DNA of 64,000 nucleotides from Leucoraja ocellata (Eukaryota). The stretch spans positions 930,001 to 994,000 of the forward strand of contig JAWMAR010000596.1 in NCBI GenBank assembly GCA_036785375.1. The letters are read 5' to 3'. The first letter of the stretch is position 1. Each line of letters opens with the position of its first letter. This document shows positions 26,542-40,096 of the stretch, piece after piece. The position numbers and the translations under genes are program-made. The notes under the pieces are model-generated. The model saw only the letters and a program-made list of their open reading frames with translations, was not told where the DNA came from and ran no database searches.

Positions 26542-27649
26542 GTAAGCTGTTTTTAAGGCCAGCTTAGGTTTGAAATGCATAAGCTGTTTAATATATGTAT
26601 TGTACATTTAACAACCAAACACCATTTCTAAAGCCACACATATTCCCTTTATTTTCTTAACCAATGCTCTCTCTCATCACTGCCTGATATGGGCCCCTGC
26701 ACTCCCCATAATGAGTTCATGTTGGAGTGTATTTAATATATACATGCTTTAATCAGCAATCAGCAAATCAAAAATTATCAGGCCTCAATCTACTTTAGTA
26801 AAAGGTTTTCACTATGTATTGATTCTCTTGAAAACAGAAATGCCTTCTGAGGTAATTTCTTGTTCCATATTTCCTTTGACCCTCCAATTTTATCTTCAAT
26901 GATTTCGAGAGTTTATGGATTTTATTACTAAGTCTAAGAGTGTCAGCTGCGGCTTTTATCAACCCCCCTCCCCCCCCACCCCAACCTGCTTTTCCCCACG
27001 AAAACATTAAATCCGCATTTTTCTTTCTTTACCTGACTTTGCCAAACTCCTATTAGCTTTAAATTCTACATTTTGCTCACATTTATTGATGATGCCTCCC
27101 TGAATGTTGAAACTGTTCTGTCCTCGAATACCTTGGCCTTCTGTAAATGGCTATAGATTTTTATTTGAGAGAAAAAAGCAGAGAAAACCATGTATTCTTT
27201 GCAAACTGCCATCCTATCTTTGTCCTTGCCATTGCTGTCACTTCCAAAATACATGTCTCTTTTCCTTGCCTCCCCACATTTGAATTTCTCCAGTCGGGTT
27301 TATAGATCTGTCACAGTGCCGTCATTAAAAATATATATATTCTCCATAACCCTGGCCAAAGTATGTAATCCTCCCTAGAGTCTTTGTGGTTGTCCAGAAT
27401 ATCCTATCCTGATTCCTTGCTCATCTGATCATAACAGTCACAGTACTACTAGAACACCCCTGGCATCTGCCCGTGGCTTTCTTTTTACCTTGGAGGCAAC
27501 TTCTAACAGTGGGGACAACTCTACACATGAGGTCAAATTATTCAGGTTTTATCTGACGTCCAATTTTAATAAGATAATTTATTGTAAATTACAAAGTTGA
27601 GTTCTACGTTGTTATCAACTTTGGACTTGAATCAAACTGAATGGTAGAT

Positions 27650-27880
27650 GGATACAAAATGCTGGAGCAACTCAACGGGACAGACAGCATCTCTGGAGAG
27701 AAGGAATGGGTGACGGTTTGGGTCGAGGCCTTTCCTCAGACTTATTTTGTCCGAGGAAGGATCTCGACCCGAAACGTCACCCATTCCTTTTCTCCAGAGA
27801 TGCTGCCTGTCCTGCTGAGTTGCTCCAGCATTTTGTATCCATCTTCGATTTAAACCAGCATCTGCAGTTCCTTTATACAC
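27650..27880. repeat. Penelope-derived palindromic repeat
   Basis: gatggatacaaaatgctggagcaactca...tgagttgctccagcattttgtatccatc; arms of about 95 bp around a short spacer. Confidence 0.78.
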
Positions 27881-29019
27881 GTCAAACAGAATGGTAGTGG
27901 AAATGTTGCAACTCTTATGTACTGCCGCAGTGCCTCCACCTCTACTATTCTTACACTCTGGTACACGAGTATGATTGTGCACATGTGTAGTTGGACTTAA
28001 ACGGAACAGTATGCAAAAATAATTTTACTGTACCTCGGTACATGAGAATAAAGTACCATTGATATTGGCTTCTACCACAATCTATGATTGAGAGTGACTC
28101 CATCACTGGCAGTTGTTTGTGGCTCAAATTTCTAATTTTCCTAAATCTAGAAGAGACCTTTTGGCTCATCGGGTTGATGCAGGTTCTGGGAATCATTCCA
28201 TCAAAGCCCATTTATTTCTTTGCAACCTATTTTCCCTCGCATGCCAATTAACACCTGTCTGAGATTCCCATCAGCAACCGACATTGGGATAATTTACAGT
28301 AGCTAATTAACCCTGCAGCATGTGTGGCTTTATGACCTGGGAGGAAACTAGAGCACCTGGAGGAGAACCTTATACAGTCACAAGAACAGTATGAGATTCC
28401 CACACATATAGCCCCGTAGAACACATTCAAACTTGTGTTGTGGAAGCTGTGAAACAGCTGAACTATCAGCCGCAGTCAATGTAGGCTGACTAGGACTGAT
28501 TGCAAACCGTGTCTCATTCAACCCTAAGCTCTGTTTCTGACCCCATATGCGCTGTGGATCAGTTGCTTTCATCTTAATAAAATTGCCTGACTCTGCCCCT
28601 TTCTCCGCTTTTGAATCTCCCATCTGTGGGTTTGTTACCTTCGGGTTTAACTATTGTCCTCCTACTCCGCGAGACTTTGACAATTATTTTGTTTCCTATT
28701 TTTAATCCTTTGTGTGCCTCTTACCTTTTGTCTGACACAAAGGCTCCAGACTGTAATTTAAAATCCTTATCCATGCTTGTTAAATGCTTTATGACGCAGT
28801 ACATTCCCTGTGATTGTGACATCCTCTTACACTTTCCAGCACCTAAACTCATTTTTATTCTACTCCTTTCCATTTTGCTGCTATTGTTGGCCTTAGGCCT
28901 AGCTACTTGAACCTTACATTTTGGACACGAGTATCGAAATCCACTTGCAATTCCTCTTTCTTCTCTCCTCAAGGTCCCTCCTTAAGTCTACCTAGATAGA
29001 CTGACACTCTTGACCTTGG

Positions 29020-29380
29020 AGGTGATACAGAATAGTGAAAGGCCTGGATAGAGTGGATGTGGAGATGGTGTTTCCACTAGTGGGAGAGTCCAGGACCAGC
29101 AGAATAAAAAGACATACTTTTACAAAGGAGATGAGGAGACATTTCTGTAGTCAGAGGGTAGTGAGTCCGTGGAATTCCTTGCCACAGATCGCCGTGGGGG
29201 CCAAGTCAATTTATATATTTAAGGTGGAGATTGACTGGTTTGTGATTAATAAGGGTGTTAAGAATTATGGGGAGAAGGCAGGAGAATGGGGTTGAGAGGG
29301 GAAGATAGATCAGCCGTGATTGAATGGGGGAGCAGACTTGATGGGCCGAATGGCCTAATTCTGCTTCCATAACATGAACA
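29020..29380 (+). mobile_element. CR1 LINE 3' fragment
   Basis: KGLDRVD..FPLVGESRT, QRVV..WNSLP. Confidence 0.8.
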
Positions 29381-30540
29381 TGAATTTACACGTTGATTTG
29401 GATATACAGAAATAAGTAATGTGCTTTGAGCACAGAGTTAAAAGTGATGAGATACATTTTATTAAATTCACTGGAAATATGTAATTATATATTTTTAGAT
29501 GTGTATATTCTGGTCCTGTAGCATACTCATGTGGATAGCTGAAGTAACTACATCTAATCAGTAAGGGGCTTCTTGGACAAAGGAATAATGAATTTTGTTT
29601 GTAGTTTTGCATCATTTCTACAGAAGGAGATGATAACCGAGGAAGGATTAGGATTTTTTTTCTCTTAAATATAGTTAGCATTCCATTAAATGTAGTGAGT
29701 GTTCAACCATCAAAATTAAAACATTTGTTTTAATTCCTCAAATTTTAAGTCGTTTTTCTATAAGGATCAGTTTTCCTACAAGGCAGATAATACTTTGGAG
29801 GAGGAAATATTCACTTTCCTAACTTTAAGTAGGTTAGCATTATCAGCTAACTATATAATGAACGTAATTTATCATTTTGTGTATTTGGTACGTATTTGTT
29901 AGTATTTTCAGTTTGTTCATTTCCTCAACTTTCACATGCAAACAGAGACGTGGTTTTATAAGGAAGGGAAGGAATCAGTAATACCTATTTGTTTCATCTG
30001 ATACTTCCACATTCAGCTTTATTTACATCGTTGTTCTTGGCAACTAAGCCTGATTTAGAAACTGGAAGAGGAAAATCTTTGGGATGTAGCGAGTCCAAAC
30101 TTTGTGATCAAACGGTTACTTTATTCGGTGAGATAAGTTTGACATACATGTACGTTCAGGACTCTCTAAACATATTGAGTCATTGCTGCTGCGTGAGGGT
30201 ATTGACTCGAGCTCAGCTACCTGTTGACTCATGAGCTCAAGGTAAGATCTGCTGATGTAGCAGGACACTCCCCTTAACCCATGACGTCACGTGACAGTCC
30301 TCGTGCCGAGGGTTCGACAGTAAGTGGTCTGACCATCAGGTGATGCCACAGTGATATGTTATTAGGAAGGCTACCTTCTATGGTAGTTGTACACTTTTTA
30401 TCTGTAACATACTGAAGTGCAGATTCAAGCGTATATTGCTTCATTTTAGTTAACAAAAATATGTTTACCACTAAATTTTAGTGTTGCTGACATTTTATTT
30501 TTGGTTGGCTGCCGTTTACTTATGTTGCATGTTCCTCCAG

Positions 30541-30696
30541 GGCTTACCTGATGAAAAGCGAAAATGGAGAATCACCAACATAAATCAGAACTATGAGCTG
30601 TGTGACACTTATCCACCAATCTTAGTGGTTCCAGCGAGTGCTAGTGATGATGATCTGCGAAAAGTAGCTGCCTTCAGATCCAAGGGCCGATTACCG
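30541..30696 (+). CDS. MTM1: Myotubularin coding exon (exon 8 equivalent)
   Basis: ctccag|GGC...CCG|gtgggt; 156 bp; [52 protein letters not shown]. Confidence 0.95.
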
Positions 30697-31912
30697 GTGG
30701 GTATAGTAAAATGAATATATAATATCTGGTGATAATTGTCCATTCATAGAATCATGCAGCGGGGAAAATGCATGGCCCACCACACCCATGCCAACCAGAG
30801 GACATCCATCCCGCTAACGCCATTCTTCAGCACTTGGCCCATTGCTATTAATACCCAGATGATTTAAGTGCTTATTTAGACATCCCTTTAATGCTGTTTG
30901 TGACCCTGCTTCCACCATTCTCTCCAGCATTGCATTCCAGGTATTTGTGACTTTCTGTATAAAAAAGGTCCTCCTCAGATCCTTGCTAAATCTCTGTCCT
31001 CTAAAAGGGAAAAGGAAGACCATATTTTGAACTGACATAAAATTAAAGTAGCACTAAAAAAATAGGTTTTATGCTTTTTTTTCTCCAAATGACTCGACAT
31101 TTCTTTAACACCCAGGCACATTTGAGAAAATTCAAGTTGAACTTCCCATCAGTATTGTTGACCTGGATATTGAAAAGACCTTTGAAGTTGGCAGGCCATG
31201 TTAACAGGGTAGTTAGCAAATATTTGGGATCTTGGGCTCCCTAAGTACAGTACAGAAACAGGGAGGTTATGCTGAAACTTCTCTGGAGTTCTGGTTTATT
31301 GCAAATAGATACAGTAGTGTCTATTTGATTTTTCTGGGTTGTACGTAAAACAAAGCATTTCACTGTACATTGTACATGTGACAATAAAGTATCATTCATT
31401 CAAAAAAGTATAATTCATTCGTTCATTCAAAATCCTTGTTAGTCCATTGCTAAATGACAGTGTTCAGATATGCTCACTCTAATCTAGTTAAGAAGGACCG
31501 AAAAGATCCTTAAGGGAGTTCAGAGGAGAATTGCCAGAATCAGTTCCAGCCACTTAGTTCAGTTGCCAAAATCAATGTTGTTTTCTATGGAGCAAAGTAT
31601 AATGGATTTGGGTAAGGTGTACAAAGCAAATGTGCCTCCATCAGCAGATGAGATGAGCGGCAGGGTACAGAATCATGAAGGAATATATGTTTGATAAAGT
31701 CATAATACCAGCACAGTATCTTGAAATATACTATACTGCATATACAACATGCATATTGTATATATTATATTTTTGTCTATATCTTGTATTTATAGAATAT
31801 ATATATATATATATATATTATCATATATCATATTATCATAGTGTGTAGGAAAGAACTGCAGATGCTGGATTAAATCTGATTTAAAATTTAAATTTAAATT
31901 TAAATTTGGAGT

Positions 31913-31940
31913 CTGAAGAAGGGTCTCGACCCGAAATGTT
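31913..31940 (+). ncRNA. Putative minimal type I hammerhead ribozyme core in a Penelope-derived repeat
   Basis: CTGAAGA-A-GGGT(CTCG)ACCC-GAAA-TG-TT; core and stem II intact, stem I weak; activity untested. Confidence 0.45.
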
Positions 31941-32984
31941 ATCCATTCCTTCTCTCCAGAGTTGCTGCCTGTCCCGCTGAGTTACTCCAGCATTTTGTGT
32001 CTATCCTCATATTATCATAGTATTGGCACACCATATAGGAAGGATTTATTTGCACAGTAAAGGCTATCAAGCTGGGTTTCACAGGCTGTGGGAGTGGTGG
32101 CAGTGATCACTGTTTCAAAAGGAAATTTGGCAAATTAGGGAAAAAGATCAGGGTTATGAGGATTGAGCCAAGAAAGAGGATAGACTGGATTGCTCCGCAG
32201 AAGTAGGCATGCATTTGATGGGCTAAATGGCTCCCTTAGTGTCATATTGATGATATGACATGTTGAGATGTGACATCTGTTAAGGGTGTATTCAGTTCAG
32301 TATGTATGATGGTGTTGTAACAACTACCAGCCTGTCGGAGCTGAAGTTTTATTGCGAGTTTGTCAAATGATTGTTGCTGGGCCCATACAAGTGATTCTAA
32401 ATGATCTTTCTCATCTACCCATTTCTTCTTTTTCCTTTTGCTAAATAAGAGATTCTAAACAGAATTACATTGCCACCTTTTAGGCTAAGATATAATTTTT
32501 GGTGACTCAAGGAACTGCAGATGCTGGTTTTCTAAAAAAAACAATTTGTTGGAGTAACTCAGCGGGAGAGGCCACATCTCTGGAGACATGGATAGGTGAT
32601 GTCACTTATCCATGTTCTCCAGAGATGTTGCCTGACCCGCTGAGTTACTCCAGCGCTATGTGTATTGAATTTTTCAGGCCAGGATGTGTGTGAAGAAGAT
32701 GATTTTGATTCGCCAAACCAAGAATCACATTTTGCTTTGTATAAAAATGACTGCGTTTCGATTCTTTACAAAATGTTCCATAAATTGGAAAAGCTTTTCA
32801 TTTCTAAACAATGCATCTCAAACCTCACGGATCTTTGATCTATGCTTGAGGCCCATGATTTAATTACTGAGGATTGGATAGAAAGTTATTTTCAGTGGGC
32901 TGACGAAAGCGGAGGGGCAGGCATCTTGTTTTTTTATTTCTCTCAATTTACTTGTTTTTGGTCATGGTTGCAAATTCGTTCTTT

Positions 32985-33230
32985 TAGTTTTAGAGATACA
33001 GCGTGGAAAAAGGCACTTCAGCTCACCAATTCCGCTCCGACCACAATCACCTGTACACTACTTCTATCCTACACACTAGGAACAATTTACAGAAGCCAAT
33101 AAACTGCAAACCGGCATGTCTTGGGATGTGGAAGGAAACCGAAGCACCGGAGAAAACCCACACGGTCACAGGGAGAATGTACAAACGCCATACAGACAGC
33201 ACCCATTAATCAGGATTGAACTCGGGACTC
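32985..33230 (-). mobile_element. tRNA-derived SINE, ending about 70 bp before an MTM1 exon
   Basis: Reverse complement of the 10293 SINE family. Confidence 0.7.
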
Positions 33231-33301
33231 TGATTAATGCCATTAGTTGTAAAAATCAAACTATGGACTTTCATAATGACCTCAGTTTGTCTCTGTTTCA
33301 G

Positions 33302-33490
33302 GTGTTATCGTGGATACATCCTGATAATCAAGCTGTGATTGTCCGTTGTAGTCAACCTCTGGTTGGGATGAGTGGAAAACGCAGCAAAGATGATGAAAGA
33401 TATGTTGATATTATTAGAGAATCCAATGGCCAAACCCAGAAGTTGACTATCTTTGATGCAAGGCCAAGTGTTAACGCAGTAGCCAACAAG
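33302..33490 (+). CDS. MTM1: Myotubularin coding exon (exon 9 equivalent)
   Basis: tttcag|GTG...AAG|gtgtgt; 189 bp; [34 protein letters not shown]...[12 protein letters not shown]. Confidence 0.96.
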
Positions 33491-33997
33491 GTGTGTACGG
33501 ATATAAAGGCAGACACGGTATACTTTAGGAATAACCTGATTTTAATGGTTATGGTATTAGATTAGTAATTTAGTAGCTGTAATGTTGAATTTAAGTAGTA
33601 AATAATGTTATGGTTTTACCTCAACTAACTAGTCCACACAGAGTCCTTTCCATCTCTTGGTTGCTCCTTGCACTATTGCTAAAGGAAAGTCCACTGTCCT
33701 CTTCTCCCTGCTCACCAGAAGCAGTCAGTAAATGCAATAATGTCAGTGTTATTATCCCCAAATATAATTTAAAAAACAATTTGTGGGTACAGTTTATGTT
33801 TTCTCAGCATTCTTTGCATTTTTTGGATAGCTAAAGTGGGGGTCTTTGATATACACTCACACATTGCTCCATCAATTGTCTCTAGTTTATTCTTAAAAGG
33901 AAATAATATAGGATGACAATTGCTAGGGAGCATGTGTTAGAATTGTGGCCTGCACTTCAAGCAAGCGAGTCGTCGGGCCGGTTAAAAACACTGATAG

Positions 33998-34218
33998 TTT
34001 GCACCCCAGTGTATGAACATTGACTTCTCTAATTTCAGGTAGTCCTTACTTTCTCCTCCCCTTCTCAGATCTCCCTCAGCCCTCTGGCTCCACCTCTTCC
34101 TTTCTTCCTCACCTCCCCCCCCCCCCCCCCCCCCCCTCCACCCTCACATCAGTCTGAAGAAGGGTTTCGACCCGAAACGCTGCCTATTTCCTTCGCTCCA
34201 TAGATGCTGCCTCACCCA
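33998..34218 (+). mobile_element. Penelope-like element 3' end (end of ORF, pyrimidine tract, hammerhead-like motif at 34154-34181)
   Basis: LHPS.MNIDFSNFR*-type ORF end followed by ctgaagaagggtttcgacccgaaacg. Confidence 0.65.
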
Positions 34219-35089
34219 GTATCCTGGGATAGCAACATTGTAGCAAGCAGGGCTACAATTCCATTGTGACGTTATAGATGCAAGTGTTAGTGCAGAGGGG
34301 AGACATTTTTCTCAAAGTGGGGTTTAGTAAAGTTAAAAATGTGAATAACTTGTAAAGTATAACATCAATCTGAACGAAACAATAGAAAAGACCTCAGGAC
34401 AATTGTGGGTAGACAAAAATGCTGGAGAAACTCAGCGGGTGAGGCAGCATCTATGGAGCGAAGGAAATAGGCGATTGTAATCATGTATAGTCTTTCCACT
34501 GACTGGTTAGCATGCAAAAAAAAAAGCTTACCACCGTACCTCGGTACACGTGGCAATAAATTATAAACTAAAGTAAATTTCATTTTAATTCATGATAGAA
34601 TTGGTCGGGATATATTTTAGTTTTGCATACTTTTTTAATTGTAGGTATTGAAGCTATTTATTAATGGTTCCTTTGTTTTGAAAGGTGCAATATAACTAAT
34701 CCCAGCATTATGAAGCGGTTCTGTAATGCGAACCCGTGAGAAAATATGTCAAATTTTGTGGTTTCTTTCACATTGTGTCTATTTAGTTTTTTTTGTGCAT
34801 AAACCCCTTAAGAGCAATTTTTTATTCCACATCTCAAGTTTCTTAGCAGTAATTCCTGAATTCTGTAAGGGTGAATATCTGTTACCCAAACTGCTGTAAT
34901 GCTAGGCCACACATTACATGGACCTTTCAATAATATAGTCAAGATGGCGCTGAGTGCAGGTGCCGTTAAATAATTCAGGAGAGCTGGCTCTGTCTATGGT
35001 GAGTGTGTTTGTTGGATGTTATTTAAAGCACGTTTTTGCTTCAGCACCAGCAGCCTCTACAGGAGGCTTTAAACATTTGTTTTACACAC

Positions 35090-35822
35090 TATATTCAACA
35101 CGTTCTGGAAGTTACTTGGCATTTTAGTATTTGGTGAGTGTGTGTGAGTGAATGAATGTGTGTGAGTGAATGAATGTGTGTGTGTGTGAATGAATGTGTG
35201 TGTGTGTGTGTGTGTGAGTCTGTATATGTGTGAGAATGAGTCTGTGTGAGAGTGAGTGTGTGTGTGTAAATGAGTCTGTGTGTGTGAATGAGTGTGTGAA
35301 TGAGTGTGTATGTGTGAATGACAAGAAGCAGAGTGGGGGGGGGGGGGGGGGTGAAGGGAGGAGGGGTGACTGAGTGAACTGCCAGCGTACCAGACGTGAG
35401 TGACTGCACTGCCAGCCCTTGAGCTGTGAGTAAGTGAACTGCCAGCCCACCAGCCGTAAGTGACTGAACTGCCAGCCCAATAATCCATTCAGTCCACCCT
35501 CTCCCCCTTCTCTCTCGCAGTCTGTCACCTGTCTTGGGCAGAATTTCTGGCAGTTTCTCAGCTGCCAGCCTGCCAGGTCCGAGTGACTATACTGCCAGGC
35601 CTCAGTGACTGAGCTGCCAGCCCAAGAATCCATTCGGCCCACAATGTCTATACTAGCCCTCTGGAAACCAGTACCTTCGGCCCACAACACCCATACCAGC
35701 GTAACAGAAAGCCCCCCCCCTGCACTGGCGAGCAATATTGGAATTGGTGTGGAGGTGGAATATTACGTTGGTGACCAGCCCTCCCGTGTGATGCTGGGGC
35801 CAACGGGTCCCACTTAGTCTAG
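35090..35822 (+). mobile_element. Non-autonomous Helitron-like element with an internal microsatellite and ~30-bp repeats
   Basis: 3' hairpin ggggcc-aacg-ggtccc (35796-35811), then CTAG (35819-35822) followed by T; 5' end uncertain. Confidence 0.6.
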
Positions 35823-35942
35823 TCTTGTTATAAATTCTTCTCCCTCGTACCCCAATACTATATCATGCCCACTTTTCTGATTTGGTTCCATGAATTCTGG
35901 CTATTTTCAGTAATAATTGAGAAGGTCCATTTTGTTTTACAG

Positions 35943-36128
35943 GCCACAGGAGGAGGCTATGAAGGTGATGATGCCTATCAGAGAGCAGAACTCATTTTCC
36001 TTGATATTCATAACATCCATGTGATGAGGGAATCTCTAAGGAAGTTGAAGGATATTGTGTACCCCAGTGTGGAGGAATCCCACTGGCTGTCAAGTCTGGA
36101 GTCTACACACTGGTTGGAACACATCAAG
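35943..36128 (+). CDS. MTM1: Myotubularin coding exon (exon 10 equivalent)
   Basis: tttacag|GCC...AAG|gtgaga; 186 bp; [32 protein letters not shown]...[27 protein letters not shown] and [14 protein letters not shown] point to MTM1 rather than MTMR1/MTMR2. Confidence 0.96.
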
Positions 36129-37087
36129 GTGAGATAGTTCTGACTGCTGCAGGCGTGTGACTGAATTGGTGATGACTAGCTAAACACAACATTTATTACA
36201 ACAAGGAATTGTAGATGCTGGTTTATACCAATGATAGACACAAAATGCCGGAGTAACTCAGCAGGTCAGGCAGCATCCCCCGAGAACATGAATAGGTGAT
36301 GTTTCGGGTCAGAACCTTTCTTCAGACTGAGTGTGGGGGGGAGGGGGGCAGAAAAGAAAGCTGAGAGGTGGGGCAGGACAGAATGGCAGGTAATAGGTGA
36401 ACACAGGCAATGTTTTTTATTGATAGGTAGATTGTTGGACAAAAGCCAGAGATGTGAGCCCGAAAAGATATATTCTGAATTTCTAACCTTGTGGATTGAA
36501 AGGTTGCAAATTGTGTATCCATTGTAAACGGTACAAGTGGAGGTAAAGGGGGAGGGGGGAAACCTGTTGGGGGTTGTGGAGGATGAGAAGGTGAAGAGAG
36601 GGCAGAGAAAGGGGAGTGGGTTCTTGGGCAGAGAAAGGGGAGTGGGTTACTTTCATTTCTTTTGTTTTAAAGAAAATTAGGAAGAAAGAACTAGGTTGAG
36701 CATTTATTAACTTTTGCAAACTTGATGAAGGATCGTCCACTTGTATCCACAGATGTTGCCTGACCTGATGATTAATTTCAGCATTTTTAGTTTTAATTTC
36801 AAATTCCCATGCAGTGTTTTGTTTTACAATTTTGGTTTATCTGGTTTTGGTTGAGGATCTTGATTTTCTATATATAGAAAAGTCATGATTTAAACTTTTT
36901 TATTTAAGTGCCTCGATTAAAGTGTCACAGAAATATTTTTTCTTTAATTTTGCTTGTAGTTAATTTCTGTATAAACTTTTAATTGCGAATTTCTTGGAAA
37001 GAATGAACATCCGTTAATTTTCATTGTAAAATGAGTAAACATTTTTTTCAAAAGAGACATCTTTACAACTTACATCTTTATATTCAG

Positions 37088-37294
37088 TTTGTTCTGGCAG
37101 GAGCAATCCAAGTTGCAGATAAACTAGCATCTGGAAAGAATTCAGCCTTGATACACTGCAGTGATGGCTGGGATCGTACTGCACAACTGACATCTCTAGC
37201 TTTACTAATGCTTGACAGCTTTTACCGAACAACCAAAGGGTTTGAAGTACTTATTGAAAAGGAATGGTTAAGTTTTGGGCACAAATTTGCAACG
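37088..37294 (+). CDS. MTM1: Myotubularin catalytic exon (exon 11 equivalent)
   Basis: attcag|TTT...ACG|gtaaga; 207 bp; contains the CX5R active-site loop HCSDGWDRT at 37154-37180 and EWLSFGHKF. Confidence 0.97.
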
Positions 37295-37954
37295 GTAAGA
37301 ATTTGGAACCATGTCTCATAATGTAAGAGTGACAGTATTCTTTATCCCGGTGACATGAGACTTGCACCCATTACTCCCCTTCCACCTCTGTGCCTGTTAC
37401 CCGGTTTCACAATTTGCTGCACTTCTTTTATCCTTATCTCACGCCTTTTGTCCTTTCATTTCTGGCCTTTCTCCAACCACCTGCCTATCAAAAACACCCC
37501 TCACCTGTATCCACCTAGCACTCCCCATGCTTTGTCTTGCCTCTCCTCTCTTCCATCTTTCTCCAACCCACTACAATCAGTCTGAAGAACGGCCCTGATC
37601 ACAAATGTCACCTATCCATGTTCTCCAGAGATGCTGCCTGACATGCTCAGTTACTCCAGCATTTTTTTTAAACCAGCACCTGCAGTTCCTTGTGTGTAGA
37701 CTAAATTCAAAGGTTCTTTATGATGTGGTTAATTATTTTTCCTTTCATTCGCTGAAAGGCAATGGCCTGCCGCATAAATATATTTGTATGGGCTCTATTG
37801 CCCTTCAACTCGTTAACATAGTGGCCATTGGCTAAGGTTAAGAACTGCACGAATGCTCTGCAGCTATTGTGTATTTAGGAGGAGTGGCTTCCTGACTTTC
37901 TGTGCCTGATTAGAAACTCGCTCTCAAAGCTTATGTACCTAAAATGTAGGTTTG

Positions 37955-39455
37955 TGGCTGCACAGTGGTGCAGGGGTAGAGGTGCTGCCATACAGCACCA
38001 GATACCCAGGTTTGATCCTGACTATGAGTGCTGTTCTGTACCGAGTTTATACGTTCTCCCTGTGACCACGTGGAATTTCTCCGGGTACTGCGGTTTTCTT
38101 TCACACTCCAAAGACATACAGGTTAGAAACATAGAAACATAGAAAATAGGTGCAGGACATGGCTGATCATCCAACTCAGTATCCTGTACCTGCCTTCTCT
38201 CCATACCCCCTGATCCCTTTAGCCACAAGGGCCACATCTAACTCCCTCTTAAATATAGCCAATGAACTGGCCTCAACTACCTTCTGTGGCAGAGAATTCC
38301 AGAGATTCACCACTCTCTGTGTGAAAAATGTTTTTCTCATCTCAGTCCTAAAAGATTTCCCCCTTATCCTTAAACTGTGACCCCTTGTTCTGGACTTCTG
38401 CAACATCGGGAACAATCTTCCTGCATCTAGCCTGTCCAACCCCTTAAGAATTTTGTACGTTTCTATAAGATCCCCCCTAAATCTTCTAAATTCTAGCGAG
38501 TACAAGCCGAGTCTATCCAGTCTTTCTTCATATGAAAGTCCTGACATCCCATGAATCAGTCTGGTGAACCTTCTCTGCACTCCCTCTATGGCAAGAATGT
38601 ATTTTCTCAGATTAGGAGACCAAAACTGTACGCAATACTCCAGGTGTGGTCTCACCAAGACCCTGTACAACTGCAGTAGATCCTCCCTGCTCCTATACTC
38701 AAATCCTTTTGTTATGAATGCTAACATACTTTCTTTACTGCCTGCTGCACCTGCATGCCTACTTTCAATGACTGGTGTACCATGACACCCAGGTCTCGTT
38801 GCATCTCCCCTTTTCCTAATCGGCCACCATTCAGATAATAGTCTACTTTCCTGTTTTTGCCACCAAAGTGGATAATCTCACATTTATCCACATTATACTG
38901 CATCTGCCATGCATTTGCCCACTCACCCAGCCTATCCAAGTCACCTTGCAGCCTCCTAGCATCCTCCTCACAGCTAACACTGCCCCCCCAGCTTTGTGCC
39001 ATCCGCAAACTTGGAGATGTTGCATTCAATTCCCTCGTCCAAATCATTAATATATATTGTAAATAGCTGGGGTCCCAGCACTGAGCCTTGTGGTACCCCC
39101 CTAGTCACTGCCTGCCATTGTGAAAAGGACCAATTTACTCCTACTCTTTGCTTCCTGTCTGCCAGCCAGTTCTCTATCCAGATCAATACTGAACCCCCAA
39201 TGCCATGTGTTTTAAGTTTGTATACTAATCTCTTATGTGGGACCTTGTCGAAAGCCTTCTGAAAGTCCAGATATAACACATCCACTGGTTCTCCCTTATC
39301 CACTCTACTAGTTACGTGCTCGTTTGTAGTTCAATTGGCATGGGTAACATCGTAAATTGTCCCTGGTGTATATGATGGTGCTAGTGTATGGGCTGATCAG
39401 TGGATGGTGCAGACGCAATGTGCCAAAGGGCATGTTTCTGCTCCATGTCTCTAAA
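37955..39455 (+). mobile_element. tRNA-derived SINE split by a CR1 insertion
   Basis: Head and body at 37955-38124 (...ctccaaagacatacaggtt); remainder resumes ~39320 (gtttgtagttcaattggc...gggcatgtttc). Confidence 0.75.
38125..39315 (-). mobile_element. Young CR1 LINE, 5'-truncated, covering the RT core and C-terminus
   Basis: [50 protein letters not shown]; (ctatgttt)n tail. Confidence 0.95.
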
Positions 39456-40096
39456 GTCAACAGTGTAAATGTCAATTCAAGATTTATTTGTCACATACAC
39501 ATACAAGATGTGCAGTGAAATGAAAGTGGCAATGCCTGCGGATTGTGGAAAAAACTACAGAACAGAATAGAACAGAATCAGTATTTACATAATATTTGAT
39601 TTTGATTTTGTAGTAACCGGAACCTACCTGACCCGACCCGATCCGAAGGGTAATTAACATTGCGGGGGAACAGTTTTTGTGTGTGATATAGGGTTAGATT
39701 CATAATTCTGTTAGTTCATACTTCTGTTAATTCTTGTTAAAGAATAAAATGTTTATAAACACACATACATGAATGTGATATAAATATATATAATCATATA
39801 ACACACACAATTCTATTTCTTCTGATCCAGTGATGAACTTTATTTCAGACTAGACAAGGGACATTACATAAGAAACATTGTAAACCTCCCCGCAACTGCA
39901 CACACACTAGGCCCTATCCCACCCCTCAACTCTCCCCCTCCCCCCCGGCACTACCTCGCCTCCCCCCACACTACAATGTCTCCCCCCCCACCCCCCCCCC
40001 CCCCCCCTATGCTGTAGTCCCTTAACCCACCAGTCCCCAACCCCACATCTCTCCCCATGCTCTCTGGAACCCGGCCCCTACCCCACCTCTCTCTCC

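Noticed and set aside
35366-35622. Spaced ~30-bp repeats superficially like a CRISPR array
   Set aside because: Units are degenerate and nearly contiguous with no unique spacers; the context is eukaryotic with no cas genes. It is a minisatellite inside a TE.
35069-35735. His/Thr-rich ORFs of 100-200 aa
   Set aside because: Translations of the (TG)/(TGAA) microsatellite.
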